From a virus, in IMG/VR virus record IMGVR_UViG_3300008108_000011, positions 1 to 64,000 of that record: a DNA stretch of 64,000 nucleotides; one strand, given 5' to 3'. Positions 8,005 to 14,220 of the stretch are shown here, in pieces. The translations under genes were made by a program, and so were the position numbers. Every line of letters starts with the position of its first letter. Position 1 is the first letter of the stretch. Under the pieces are notes generated by a model. That model did not search any database and was not told the origin of the DNA. It was given only the letters and a program-made list of their open reading frames with translations.

Positions 8005-8200
8005 TCTGTCTCGGGATGACATTAAAAGCGCCCTGGTGGAGTCATCCCCAATATGCCCGTGATGGAGACACGTTAACAACCCTGGTCGGGAACCCCCTCG
8101 ATGAGTTTCCAATTTCTCTAAAGAATTGGTGGTGCGGATGGGACTCTCTCCCGCCTGGTTTCTTGCCTCCAGTCAAAGGGCAAGTGGCGAGCCTGGAATG
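8005..8200 (+). ncRNA. structured RNA, manA-motif-like
   Basis: GC-rich spacer with several stems (TGTCTC/GAGACA, GGGATGAC/GTCATCCC, CCAATT/AATTGG, GCGG/CCGC, CTTGCC/GGCAAG), next to tRNAs. Confidence 0.55.
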
Positions 8201-8204
8201 GGGG

Positions 8205-8234
8205 TTGACAACCCCCACCACCCTCATATATAAT
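8205..8234 (+). promoter_or_regulatory. sigma70-type promoter
   Basis: TTGACA-18nt-TATAAT upstream of tRNA-fMet. Confidence 0.7.
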
Positions 8235-8244
8235 ACAGGGGTAA

Positions 8245-8321
8245 CGCGGGATGGAACAGTCTGGTAGTTCAGCGGTCTCATAAGCCGCAGGTCGCAGGTT
8301 CAAATCCTGCTCCCGCCCCCA
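8245..8321 (+). tRNA. tRNA-Met(CAT), initiator-like
   Basis: C1:C72 mismatch, CGCGGG start, encoded CCA. Confidence 0.9.
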
Positions 8322-8322
8322 C

Positions 8323-8403
8323 GTCGCTGTGGCGGAATTGGTAGACGCGCTGGGTTTAGGTTCCAGTGTTTTTAACGTGGAGGTTCAAGTCCTCTCAGCG
8401 ATA
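8323..8403 (+). tRNA. tRNA-Leu(TAG)
   Basis: Cloverleaf with variable arm, loop TT-TAG-GT. Confidence 0.9.
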
Positions 8404-8656
8404 TTGGTAGTAAGAACTGCGATAACATCAAGAGACCCTGCTACCAACTATCTGGCCAGATAGTATAAAGTTAGCCTAGTCCGAGATTGGCACGGTCGTT
8501 ATGATATGCTCAAACAGACTGCTTACGTGGTCAAGCCTCTATCAGCAATCAAAAGCATGAAAAACTGGAGATTGTAACCTCCACATGTTTGTATCATGGG
8601 AGAACGCTCAAAACTACATAGTATCGTAGCAGATATATAAGTAGTGGAGAGCACCT

Positions 8657-8728
8657 GCGGAGTTAGTTCAGCGGTAGAACGCTATCCTTCCAAGTTAGAT
8701 GTCGTCGGTTCGATTCCGATACTCCGCT
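8657..8728 (+). tRNA. tRNA-Gly(TCC)
   Basis: GCGG acceptor, U73, loop CT-TCC-AA. Confidence 0.92.
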
Positions 8729-8751
8729 CTTTATCCTTGAGGATAAATAAC

Positions 8752-8922
8752 ATGTCACTTATTTCACAAAGAGACAGAGAAGTTGCCATAGCAGCTCTTG
8801 AAAAATATGTTGCCGATGCAGAGAATACTGAGTATTATCTGGGCACACCAAAACATACACCATCTGAAATCTATGCCCTTCTCAACTGGATACGATTGGA
8901 ATATTTCAAACATGAAAATTAA
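8752..8922 (+). CDS. conserved cyanophage hypothetical protein
   Basis: MSLISQRDREVAI...LLNWIRLE; GAGG SD. Confidence 0.65.
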   Translation: MSLISQRDREVAIAALEKYVADAENTEYYLGTPKHTPSEIYALLNWIRLEYFKHEN

Positions 8923-9082
8923 TCTGTGGTATTGCACCCACATGAATCAATGGCGTTGGTCTCTGACTGACGACCACAGACCAATCGTTAGACAAGAAAG
9001 TGGTCAACAACCACATCTACGTGATGCAATGAATGACATTGCAAACACAGTAGAATATATGATGGATTCTCAGCAATCCTGA
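8912..9082 (+). CDS. conserved cyanophage hypothetical protein
   Basis: MKINLWYC..MNQWRW...QESG; overlaps the upstream stop. Confidence 0.7.
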   Translation: MKINLWYCTHMNQWRWSLTDDHRPIVRQESGQQPHLRDAMNDIANTVEYMMDSQQS

Positions 9083-9088
9083 TTTTAT

Positions 9089-9161
9089 TGGGGTGTAGCT
9101 CAGCGGTAGTAGCGGGATGCTGTTAACATCTAGGTCGCAGGTTCGATCCCTGCCGCCCCAG
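9089..9161 (+). tRNA. tRNA-Asn(GTT)
   Basis: Cloverleaf, loop CT-GTT-AA. Confidence 0.92.
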
Positions 9162-9177
9162 TTTTCAAAAAAACTCT

Positions 9178-9185
9178 TATAAATA
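9178..9185 (+). promoter_or_regulatory. T4-type late promoter
   Basis: TATAAATA. Confidence 0.7.
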
Positions 9186-9207
9186 AACACATTAAAGGTC
9201 GAACATC

Positions 9208-9309
9208 ATGACTAACTTCAGCAAGCAAATTATTATTTTTATGGAAAGCGATTGCCGCTATTGGCATATTGCTCAGGCCCCCGTGCTTGCTCATAAGTGG
9301 AAACGATGA
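9208..9309 (+). CDS. 33-aa peptide (MTNFSKQIIIFMESDCRYWHIAQAPVLAHKWKR)
   Basis: Translated by hand; follows a late promoter and precedes a GC hairpin. Confidence 0.4.
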   Translation: MTNFSKQIIIFMESDCRYWHIAQAPVLAHKWKR

Positions 9310-9425
9310 CCGACATCTGACACATAAGCAAGATTTATCAGGGGGGCAGTTGACAAAACCGCCCCCCTATTTTATTGTAGATTCATCGGTGGGGGATCCA
9401 CCAGCACCTTGACAATTTAACCCTT

Positions 9426-9498
9426 GGGTCTGTAACTCAGTTGGTAGAGTAGCGGGCTTTTAACCTGTAAGTCGTCGGTTCGAGCCCGACCAGACCCA
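9426..9498 (+). tRNA. tRNA-Lys(TTT)
   Basis: Cloverleaf, loop CT-TTT-AA. Confidence 0.95.
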
Positions 9499-9538
9499 TC
9501 GACCGTCATAGTTCGGTCATTAAATATAAACTATTCTT

Positions 9539-9620
9539 GGGAGGATTTCCGAGTGGCTAAAGGAATCTGACTGTAAATCAGACGGCTCTGCCTTCGCAGG
9601 TTCGAATCCTGCTCCTCCCA
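9539..9620 (+). tRNA. tRNA-Tyr(GTA)
   Basis: Cloverleaf, long variable arm, loop CT-GTA-AA. Confidence 0.95.
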
Positions 9621-9624
9621 CCTT

Positions 9625-9697
9625 GACCCTATAGTGAAGTGGTCTATCACGCTACCCTGTCACGGTGGTATCACGGGTTCGAATCCCGTTAGGGTCG
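9625..9697 (+). tRNA. tRNA-Asp(GTC)
   Basis: Cloverleaf, loop CT-GTC-AC, G73. Confidence 0.93.
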
Positions 9698-9875
9698 TTG
9701 GGAGTCAGTATTCTAACTCCCACACATTTCTTAGAGTTTGCCAGTGTGTAGAGAAATGATGTAGCAACAACTGGAATTGGGGAGGGATTTCTAACCACCA
9801 TCGGATGATGGCAGGATTCATAAGGCTACGAAGCGTAATCCATAAGTGACTTCGTGTGGGATACCCCTCCCATCT

Positions 9876-9949
9876 GGTCCCATCGTCTAGTCGGCCTAGG
9901 ACAACACTCTTTCACAGTGTAGACACGGGTTCGAATCCCGTTGGGACTA
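9876..9949 (+). tRNA. tRNA-Glu(TTC)
   Basis: Cloverleaf, loop CT-TTC-AC. Confidence 0.93.
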
Positions 9950-9952
9950 TCT

Positions 9953-10028
9953 CGGGGAATAGCTCAGTTGGTAGAGCACATGTCTGAAGAACATGGTGTC
10001 GGTAGTTCAATTCTACCTTCCTCGGCCA
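9953..10028 (+). tRNA. tRNA-Phe(GAA)
   Basis: Cloverleaf, loop CT-GAA-GA, encoded CCA. Confidence 0.9.
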
Positions 10029-10100
10029 GGAATCGTAGCTCAGTGGTAGAGCACTCGGCTGATAACCGAGCGGTCACAAGTTCAAATCTTGTCGGTTCCA
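10029..10100 (+). tRNA. tRNA-Ile(GAT)
   Basis: Cloverleaf, loop CT-GAT-AA. Confidence 0.95.
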
Positions 10101-10104
10101 CTTT

Positions 10105-10176
10105 GGCAGTGTAGTTCAGTGATAGAACAGGAGATTCATACCCTCCATGTCGGTAGTTTGATTCTACCCACTGCCT
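10105..10176 (+). tRNA. atypical tRNA with CAT anticodon (Met?)
   Basis: Perfect acceptor GGCAGTG/CACTGCC; D-loop lacks GG; T-loop TTTGATT; A31:C39 mismatch. Confidence 0.6.
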
Positions 10177-10177
10177 T

Positions 10178-10248
10178 GTGATGTTAGCCTAGAGGTAAGG
10201 CAGTGGTTTGTGGAACCACCTAGATGGGTTCGATTCCCATACGTCACC
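10178..10248 (+). tRNA. tRNA-His(GTG)
   Basis: Cloverleaf, loop TT-GTG-GA, C73; the -1 base is T. Confidence 0.88.
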
Positions 10249-10250
10249 CC

Positions 10251-10322
10251 GCCCGATTAGCTCAGTGGTAGAGCAACTCACTAGTAATGAGTAGGTCGTC
10301 AGTTCGAGTCTGACATCGGGCT
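10251..10322 (+). tRNA. tRNA-Thr(AGT)
   Basis: GCC acceptor start, loop CT-AGT-AA, U73. Confidence 0.9.
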
Positions 10323-10397
10323 TCTGAGGTCGCCAAGCGGTAAGGCAGCGGGTTTTGGTCCCGCCATTCGTGGGTTCGAATCCTACCCTCAGAACCA
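10323..10397 (+). tRNA. tRNA-Gln(TTG)
   Basis: U1:A72, loop TT-TTG-GT, encoded CCA. Confidence 0.92.
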
Positions 10398-10472
10398 GTT
10401 GGGTTGGTGTAATTGGTAACATCTTGGTCTCCAAAACCAAAGTTCAGAGTTCAAGTCTCTGACCCTTCGCCA
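10398..10472 (+). tRNA. tRNA-Trp(CCA)
   Basis: Loop CT-CCA-AA, G73, encoded CCA; two U:U mismatches in the acceptor stem. Confidence 0.75.
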
Positions 10473-10473
10473 T

Positions 10474-10548
10474 GCTCTCTTAGCTCAGTGGATATAGAGC
10501 ACTTGACTACGGATCAAGGTGTCGTAGGTTCGAATCCTACAGAGAGCG
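10474..10548 (+). tRNA. tRNA-Arg(ACG)
   Basis: Cloverleaf, loop CT-ACG-GA. Confidence 0.95.
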
Positions 10549-10590
10549 TTTGGTAGTCTATGCTACCAAAAAAGATAAATATATACAATA

Positions 10591-10806
10591 CGTTCATCCC
10601 TATGGGACGGAAGTAAGCCGACTCGGAACGGATCGTTCATCTATGGAAGCAATCCTATTAACTTGCCTTCAAGCTAATTTTATTATCGGAAGAGTAGTTA
10701 CTCATCCAAAATTAGATGCTCAACAAAAAAATGATATTGTTTGGGAAGTGAAACAAGTTACAAAAAAAGGTTGTTTTATAGACGCAAAGGTTGACTGAAG
10801 GAACGC
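10591..10806 (+). promoter_or_regulatory. tandem glutamine riboswitch-like element (glnA / Downstream-peptide class)
   Basis: Two CGTTCA-[P2]-CG(G/C)AA...GGAACG units, downstream of GATAAATA (10574) and upstream of a DUF4278 gene. Confidence 0.65.
10643..10798 (+). CDS. 51-aa ORF nested in the second aptamer (MEAILLTCLQANFIIGRV...)
   Basis: ATG 10643 in frame with the ORF-track stop at 10798. Confidence 0.5.
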   Translation: MEAILLTCLQANFIIGRVVTHPKLDAQQKNDIVWEVKQVTKKGCFIDAKVD

Positions 10807-10837
10807 TCTTTAACCTAAAAAACTAAGGAGAACCCTA

Positions 10838-10975
10838 ATGTCTAAAGTAGTATATCGCGGCGTTGAATACGATACGCAAAAGCGTTTAGAGTATCAACAG
10901 CAGATGATGCAACAACCCCAACAATACAACGAAACCTATCGTGGTGTTAAGTTTGTAAAGGAGGGTCACAAATGA
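10838..10975 (+). CDS. DUF4278-family peptide (45 aa, two YRGV motifs)
   Basis: MSKVVYRGVEYDT...ETYRGVKFVK; AAGGAG SD. Confidence 0.8.
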   Translation: MSKVVYRGVEYDTQKRLEYQQQMMQQPQQYNETYRGVKFVKEGHK

Positions 10976-11058
10976 ACTGGCTCAATCTAATCCGCAAGCA
11001 AATTGAAAAGCAAAGAAAACTAGAGATTGCTCAATATCATATGGCAACTCTTGGATAA
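10972..11058 (+). CDS. 28-aa peptide (MNWLNLIRKQIEKQRKLEIAQYHMATLG)
   Basis: ATGA overlap with the DUF4278 gene; GGAGG SD. Confidence 0.6.
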   Translation: MNWLNLIRKQIEKQRKLEIAQYHMATLG

Positions 11059-11061
11059 AGC

Positions 11062-11085
11062 AAAGGGGCATATGCCCCCTTTTTT
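11062..11085. terminator. intrinsic terminator between convergent units
   Basis: AAAGGGGCA-TA-TGCCCCC-T6. Confidence 0.75.
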
Positions 11086-11269
11086 AATGCCTTCTTAATG
11101 TCTGTAAGTAATCAAGCATTGCTGTTCGTATGTGCATTAGTTCATTATAACATTTCTGGTTGTGAGCACACTGTCGCAGTTCGTTGTCTGGCTTATGCAC
11201 ACTTTCAATGAATAGGTCTAAACCTCTATTCCATTTGTCGTTGTCTTCAATCACGTTGCCTCCAGTCAT
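11084..11269 (-). CDS. conserved cyanophage hypothetical protein
   Basis: WNRGLDLFIESVHKPD..LRQCAHNQKCYNELM. Confidence 0.65.
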   Translation of the reverse strand: MTGGNVIEDNDKWNRGLDLFIESVHKPDNELRQCAHNQKCYNELMHIRTAMLDYLQTLRRH

Positions 11270-11573
11270 CGGGTTTGTCTCTTCCTTCAGAAAAGAAATC
11301 TACAATATCATCAACACTATCAAACCTTCTGATACCTTTTGCTTCGTGACCGATGCCACCGATATCAAGTTGGTTTAAAAAATCGTCTAGGTCTCCTTCT
11401 TGCATGTCTGGGTTAGCAGCAGTTCGTCTTGCCTGTCTGAGCATTGTGCCAGCGGTTCTGTTTGCTGCTGCTAGTTTCTCTGCCCAAATCATTTCAGATA
11501 GTTCTACAGCTTCTCCTTTTACAATCTTGTCACAAATAGCCTGTAATCTCAGGCGATACTGAGTAGAGAGCAT
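11247..11573 (-). CDS. conserved cyanophage hypothetical protein
   Basis: MLSTQYRLRLQAIC..I..GE.V.L.EMIWA.KL. Confidence 0.75.
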   Translation of the reverse strand: MLSTQYRLRLQAICDKIVKGEAVELSEMIWAEKLAAANRTAGTMLRQARRTAANPDMQEGDLDDFLNQLDIGGIGHEAKGIRRFDSVDDIVDFFSEGRDKPDDWRQRD

Positions 11574-11598
11574 ACTATGTATAGCAGTAATACTATAT

Positions 11599-11688
11599 TT
11601 AGTGTGGGTATGCGTTGTTCAATCCCCAGTAAATAAAAAGTGCAATAGAACTAAACAAACAAAAAGTGCTAAGAATAAGATTATTCAT
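11599..11688 (-). CDS. 29-aa single-TM peptide (MNNLILSTFCLFSSIALFIYWGLNNAYPH)
   Basis: Translated by hand; coupled to the upstream ORF. Confidence 0.5.
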   Translation of the reverse strand: MNNLILSTFCLFSSIALFIYWGLNNAYPH

Positions 11689-11918
11689 AGTTGGTTCTCG
11701 ACGTATTCGATATACATTTTTTTGATATCTCTATCAACATCAACCAGACTATTCAAAGGAGGTTGATATCCTTGACTGATGATATAGTCTATAAACTCAT
11801 AAACATTTGCTTTGATTGGTAGACTTAATCTAACAAAAGATGACAAGAAAAAATTTCTTGCTTGCCATCTATCATTCTTTTCCCTCCAATCATATGGGCT
11901 AGTGCTTAGGTGGTTCAT
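11685..11918 (-). CDS. hypothetical protein
   Basis: 77-aa ORF. Confidence 0.55.
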   Translation of the reverse strand: MNHLSTSPYDWREKNDRWQARNFFLSSFVRLSLPIKANVYEFIDYIISQGYQPPLNSLVDVDRDIKKMYIEYVENQL

Positions 11919-12024
11919 CTTTCATTTCCTCGTTTGCTAATCTTAGAATGTAATAGATGACATATAGAGTAAATAACAATCCACACGATAATAAAATGAT
12001 TACTCCCCAAGGCAAGTTACTCAT
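11899..12024 (-). CDS. 41-aa single-TM peptide (MSNLPWGVIILLSCGLLFTLYVIYYILRLANEE...)
   Basis: Translated by hand. Confidence 0.5.
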   Translation of the reverse strand: MSNLPWGVIILLSCGLLFTLYVIYYILRLANEEMKDEPPKH

Positions 12025-12127
12025 TTTCGTCTTCGTAAGTAGATGGTTCTTCGAAAAGTTCTTCCATTTTTTGTTGAAGAACTCTTTCTTGTAGTTCTTT
12101 TAAATCTTCTTCTGTTAAAACTATCAT
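12017..12127 (-). CDS. 36-aa acidic peptide (MIVLTEEDLKELQERV...ELFEEPSTYED)
   Basis: Translated by hand; overlapping start/stop. Confidence 0.55.
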   Translation of the reverse strand: MIVLTEEDLKELQERVLQQKMEELFEEPSTYEDENE

Positions 12128-12303
12128 TTATCTTTGAGTAGTTCTTCTATTCTTTTACGCATGTTTGTGCTATCTTGTTTGAGATAATCTCTTAAAGAAT
12201 ACCCACGCTGCCCTTTCATAATACATGTCCCCTGATAGAACATGGTGGCGGCGAATACTAAAAGGAATGCTATTCCTATTATTTCAGGGTAATGTTGAGC
12301 CAT
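12124..12303 (-). CDS. 59-aa TM protein (MAQHYPEIIGIAFLLVFAATMFYQG...)
   Basis: Translated by hand. Confidence 0.5.
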   Translation of the reverse strand: MAQHYPEIIGIAFLLVFAATMFYQGTCIMKGQRGYSLRDYLKQDSTNMRKRIEELLKDK

Positions 12304-12467
12304 GGTAGTAGTGGGGGAATTACTCCAATGAGTCGAAGCAAACCTTCAGCAAAAAGAGACAAAACAACCCAGCCAACACACATTGAGATAATTGAAGCAT
12401 TACGATTATGTTGTCGTATTGCATCATCGATCATCTCCTTCACTTCTTCTTTCGTTACTTGTGTCAT
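12279..12467 (-). CDS. TM hypothetical protein
   Basis: MTQVTKEEV...IDDAIRQHNRNA...GWVVL. Confidence 0.6.
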   Translation of the reverse strand: MTQVTKEEVKEMIDDAIRQHNRNASIISMCVGWVVLSLFAEGLLRLIGVIPPLLPWLNITLK

Positions 12468-12567
12468 GGATTTTAGCGATTCCGATAATGGGAAACATAA
12501 CAAGGGCAAAGCAAAGGATGCCCAAACTGATGGGATTATTTAAGATTTCAACTATCAGATGAGTCAT
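12424..12567 (-). CDS. 47-aa single-TM peptide (MTHLIVEILNNPISLGILCFALVMFPIIGI...)
   Basis: Translated by hand. Confidence 0.45.
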   Translation of the reverse strand: MTHLIVEILNNPISLGILCFALVMFPIIGIAKIHDTSNERRSEGDDR

Positions 12568-12760
12568 TTTTCTTTACATGGATGTAACATTCAAGTGGTT
12601 TCTGTGTCTCACTGTCGAAGTTTTGATCTAGGTAGACACAAAGTTTCTCGATAATTTTTATATACTCATCATGCATCCACTCACTACCAGTTTCATGGTA
12701 TGCATAATGCTTACATGCTGTGATGATGCGATTGACATCTCTGCTTGATAGGTTATACAT
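12548..12760 (-). CDS. hypothetical protein
   Basis: 70-aa ORF. Confidence 0.6.
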   Translation of the reverse strand: MYNLSSRDVNRIITACKHYAYHETGSEWMHDEYIKIIEKLCVYLDQNFDSETQKPLECYIHVKKNDSSDS

Positions 12761-12764
12761 AAGT

Positions 12765-12935
12765 TTACTCTTTATACATTATTATGTCGCCATGTTGTCT
12801 GTGAAAATCAAGGTGCTTTTTACCCCAAGGTATCACTCTCCATTCAGTTTTTCCATTCCAAAGTAAAAGGCATATATGGATGTATCTCATACATCTGTAG
12901 TATAACGACCTATTTAGATGGGTGCAAATACTCAT
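12765..12935 (-). CDS. hypothetical protein
   Basis: C-terminal part of the ORF-track entry; ATG 12935. Confidence 0.4.
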   Translation of the reverse strand: MSICTHLNRSLYYRCMRYIHICLLLWNGKTEWRVIPWGKKHLDFHRQHGDIIMYKE

Positions 12936-12958
12936 CAGAGTTCCCTGACAAAAGGGGC

Positions 12959-12987
12959 TTGACAAGGATGCTAAAATGCTATATACT
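12959..12987 (+). promoter_or_regulatory. sigma70-type promoter of the hli-petF operon
   Basis: TTGACA-17nt-TATACT. Confidence 0.75.
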
Positions 12988-13014
12988 ATGTAAAGATTTA
13001 CAACAGAATGTAAC

Positions 13015-13218
13015 ATGACTGTAACAAGCAATGAGTTTGGTCAACAGAATATGTGGGCCAAAGAACCTGAAATGGTTTACCAAGAATACAATCGTAAAGG
13101 TCTTCTGACCCCTATGCAAATGACGGAGATGTATAATGGACGCTGGGCTATGGTCGGTATTGTTGCTGGGGCTCTTTCTTATGCTCTCACTGGCAAACTC
13201 TTCTTCGGCATCTTCTGA
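13015..13218 (+). CDS. hli: high-light-inducible protein
   Basis: ExxNGRxAMxG motif and TGKLFFGIF tail. Confidence 0.9.
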   Translation: MTVTSNEFGQQNMWAKEPEMVYQEYNRKGLLTPMQMTEMYNGRWAMVGIVAGALSYALTGKLFFGIF

Positions 13219-13231
13219 CAATTGATTGACA

Positions 13232-13318
13232 ATGACTGAAATTTTGTTTACAATGACTTCCGTTGCCTTCTTTATTTTACTGGCAGCATCCGTAGAAAAA
13301 CTTTGTGAAACTTACTAA
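13232..13318 (+). CDS. 28-aa single-TM peptide ([28 protein letters not shown])
   Basis: Translated by hand; TAATG overlap with petF. Confidence 0.55.
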   Translation: MTEILFTMTSVAFFILLAASVEKLCETY

Positions 13319-13608
13319 TGGCATATAACATTACCCTTCGCTCCCCTGATGGCACCGAGCAAACTATTCAGTGCCCTGACGATCAATACATTCTTGAAGC
13401 TGCTGAAGAGGCAGGTGTTGATCTTCCCTCGTCATGCAAAGCTGGTGCCTGCTCTGCATGTGCTGGTAAACTGATCAGCGGCACCGTTGATAACGAGGAG
13501 CAATCGTTCCTTGATGATGATCAACTTGCTGAAGGTTGGGTGCTAACTTGTGTAGCATATCCCACCAGCGATTGTGTGATTCTTACCGAACAGGAAGAAA
13601 ACTTGTGA
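13318..13608 (+). CDS. petF: plant-type [2Fe-2S] ferredoxin
   Basis: [10 protein letters not shown]...LTC cysteine pattern. Confidence 0.97.
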   Translation: MAYNITLRSPDGTEQTIQCPDDQYILEAAEEAGVDLPSSCKAGACSACAGKLISGTVDNEEQSFLDDDQLAEGWVLTCVAYPTSDCVILTEQEENL

Positions 13609-13817
13609 GTGCTGGAATGCTTGGGCAATTCAATCTTGCCCTTCAAGAGTTAGTTGATAGTGGTGCCTGGGATCGTCACGTCGAATTGGAAGTTAAGATT
13701 GCTGGCACTTTAAAGAACGACAAGTTTATTGTTATTAAACCTGTGAAAGAAAAACTGGTTTGTAATCCAAATCCAGATCTTAAACAAAAACACATTTATC
13801 AAGGAGAACAAAAATGA
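13605..13817 (+). CDS. hypothetical protein
   Basis: GTG start overlapping the petF stop. Confidence 0.55.
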   Translation: MSAGMLGQFNLALQELVDSGAWDRHVELEVKIAGTLKNDKFIVIKPVKEKLVCNPNPDLKQKHIYQGEQK

Positions 13818-13933
13818 AATTCGGTTTTACCCCTGAGGCAGAGATCCTCAATGCACGTTTGGCAATGCTTGGTTTTGTCATTGCCGTTGGAACTTATCTC
13901 ACTACTGGGCAGATTATTCCTGGGGTGCTTTGA
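13814..13933 (+). CDS. hli: high-light-inducible protein (39 aa)
   Basis: [22 protein letters not shown]...TGQIIPG, translated by hand. Confidence 0.9.
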   Translation: MKFGFTPEAEILNARLAMLGFVIAVGTYLTTGQIIPGVL

Positions 13934-13939
13934 TACTTT

Positions 13940-13965
13940 AAAGGGGGTCTAGACCCCCTTTTTTA
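13940..13965. terminator. intrinsic terminator
   Basis: AAGGGGGTC-TA-GACCCCCTT followed by a T-run. Confidence 0.75.
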
Positions 13966-14220
13966 TTATTCAGTTGCTTCTGGTTGAGGCAGAGAGGCTT
14001 GATAAGCAGCAACAACTTCTTCCGTCCAAGTAGCAGCAGCGATAGCAGCAACTCTTGGATCTTCGTTGCTTACATCATCACCAGGATTGACTACATGACG
14101 ATGATAAGTAGCAGCAACTTCTACACCATCTTTGAGGATTTGATCTCTTCTTCTTACTTGAATAGATCCGTTGAGTAGAACTTCAACTTTATCTACTACT
14201 GATACTTCTTCTAATGCCAT
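13966..14220 (-). CDS. small tail-fibre-associated protein
   Basis: DKVEVL..G.IQVRR...I.KDG.E....YHRHV type often found after cyanophage fibre genes. Confidence 0.65.
   Translation of the reverse strand: MALEEVSVVDKVEVLLNGSIQVRRRDQILKDGVEVAATYHRHVVNPGDDVSNEDPRVAAIAAATWTEEVVAAYQASLPQPEATE

Noticed and set aside
8016-8303. ORFs of 61-83 aa over the manA-like RNA and tRNA-fMet, and similar ORFs over other tRNAs (10189-10440, 3579, 5893, 8644 extensions)
   Set aside because: These arise from GC-rich structured RNA genes; the RNA interpretation explains the sequence better.
8411-8463. tmRNA-like resume context (AACT-GCG-ATA-ACA-TCA...TAT-CTG-GCC-AGA-TAG, tag AITSRDPATNYLAR)
   Set aside because: No tRNA-like domain (no G3:U70 acceptor with T-arm and CCA) nearby in either the normal or the permuted order; the resemblance is probably chance.
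5752-10570. tRNA-associated theta (HDV-like) ribozymes in the trailers
   Set aside because: I could not fit the nested double-pseudoknot P1/P1.1/P2/P3/P4 pattern by eye; a descriptor search would be needed.
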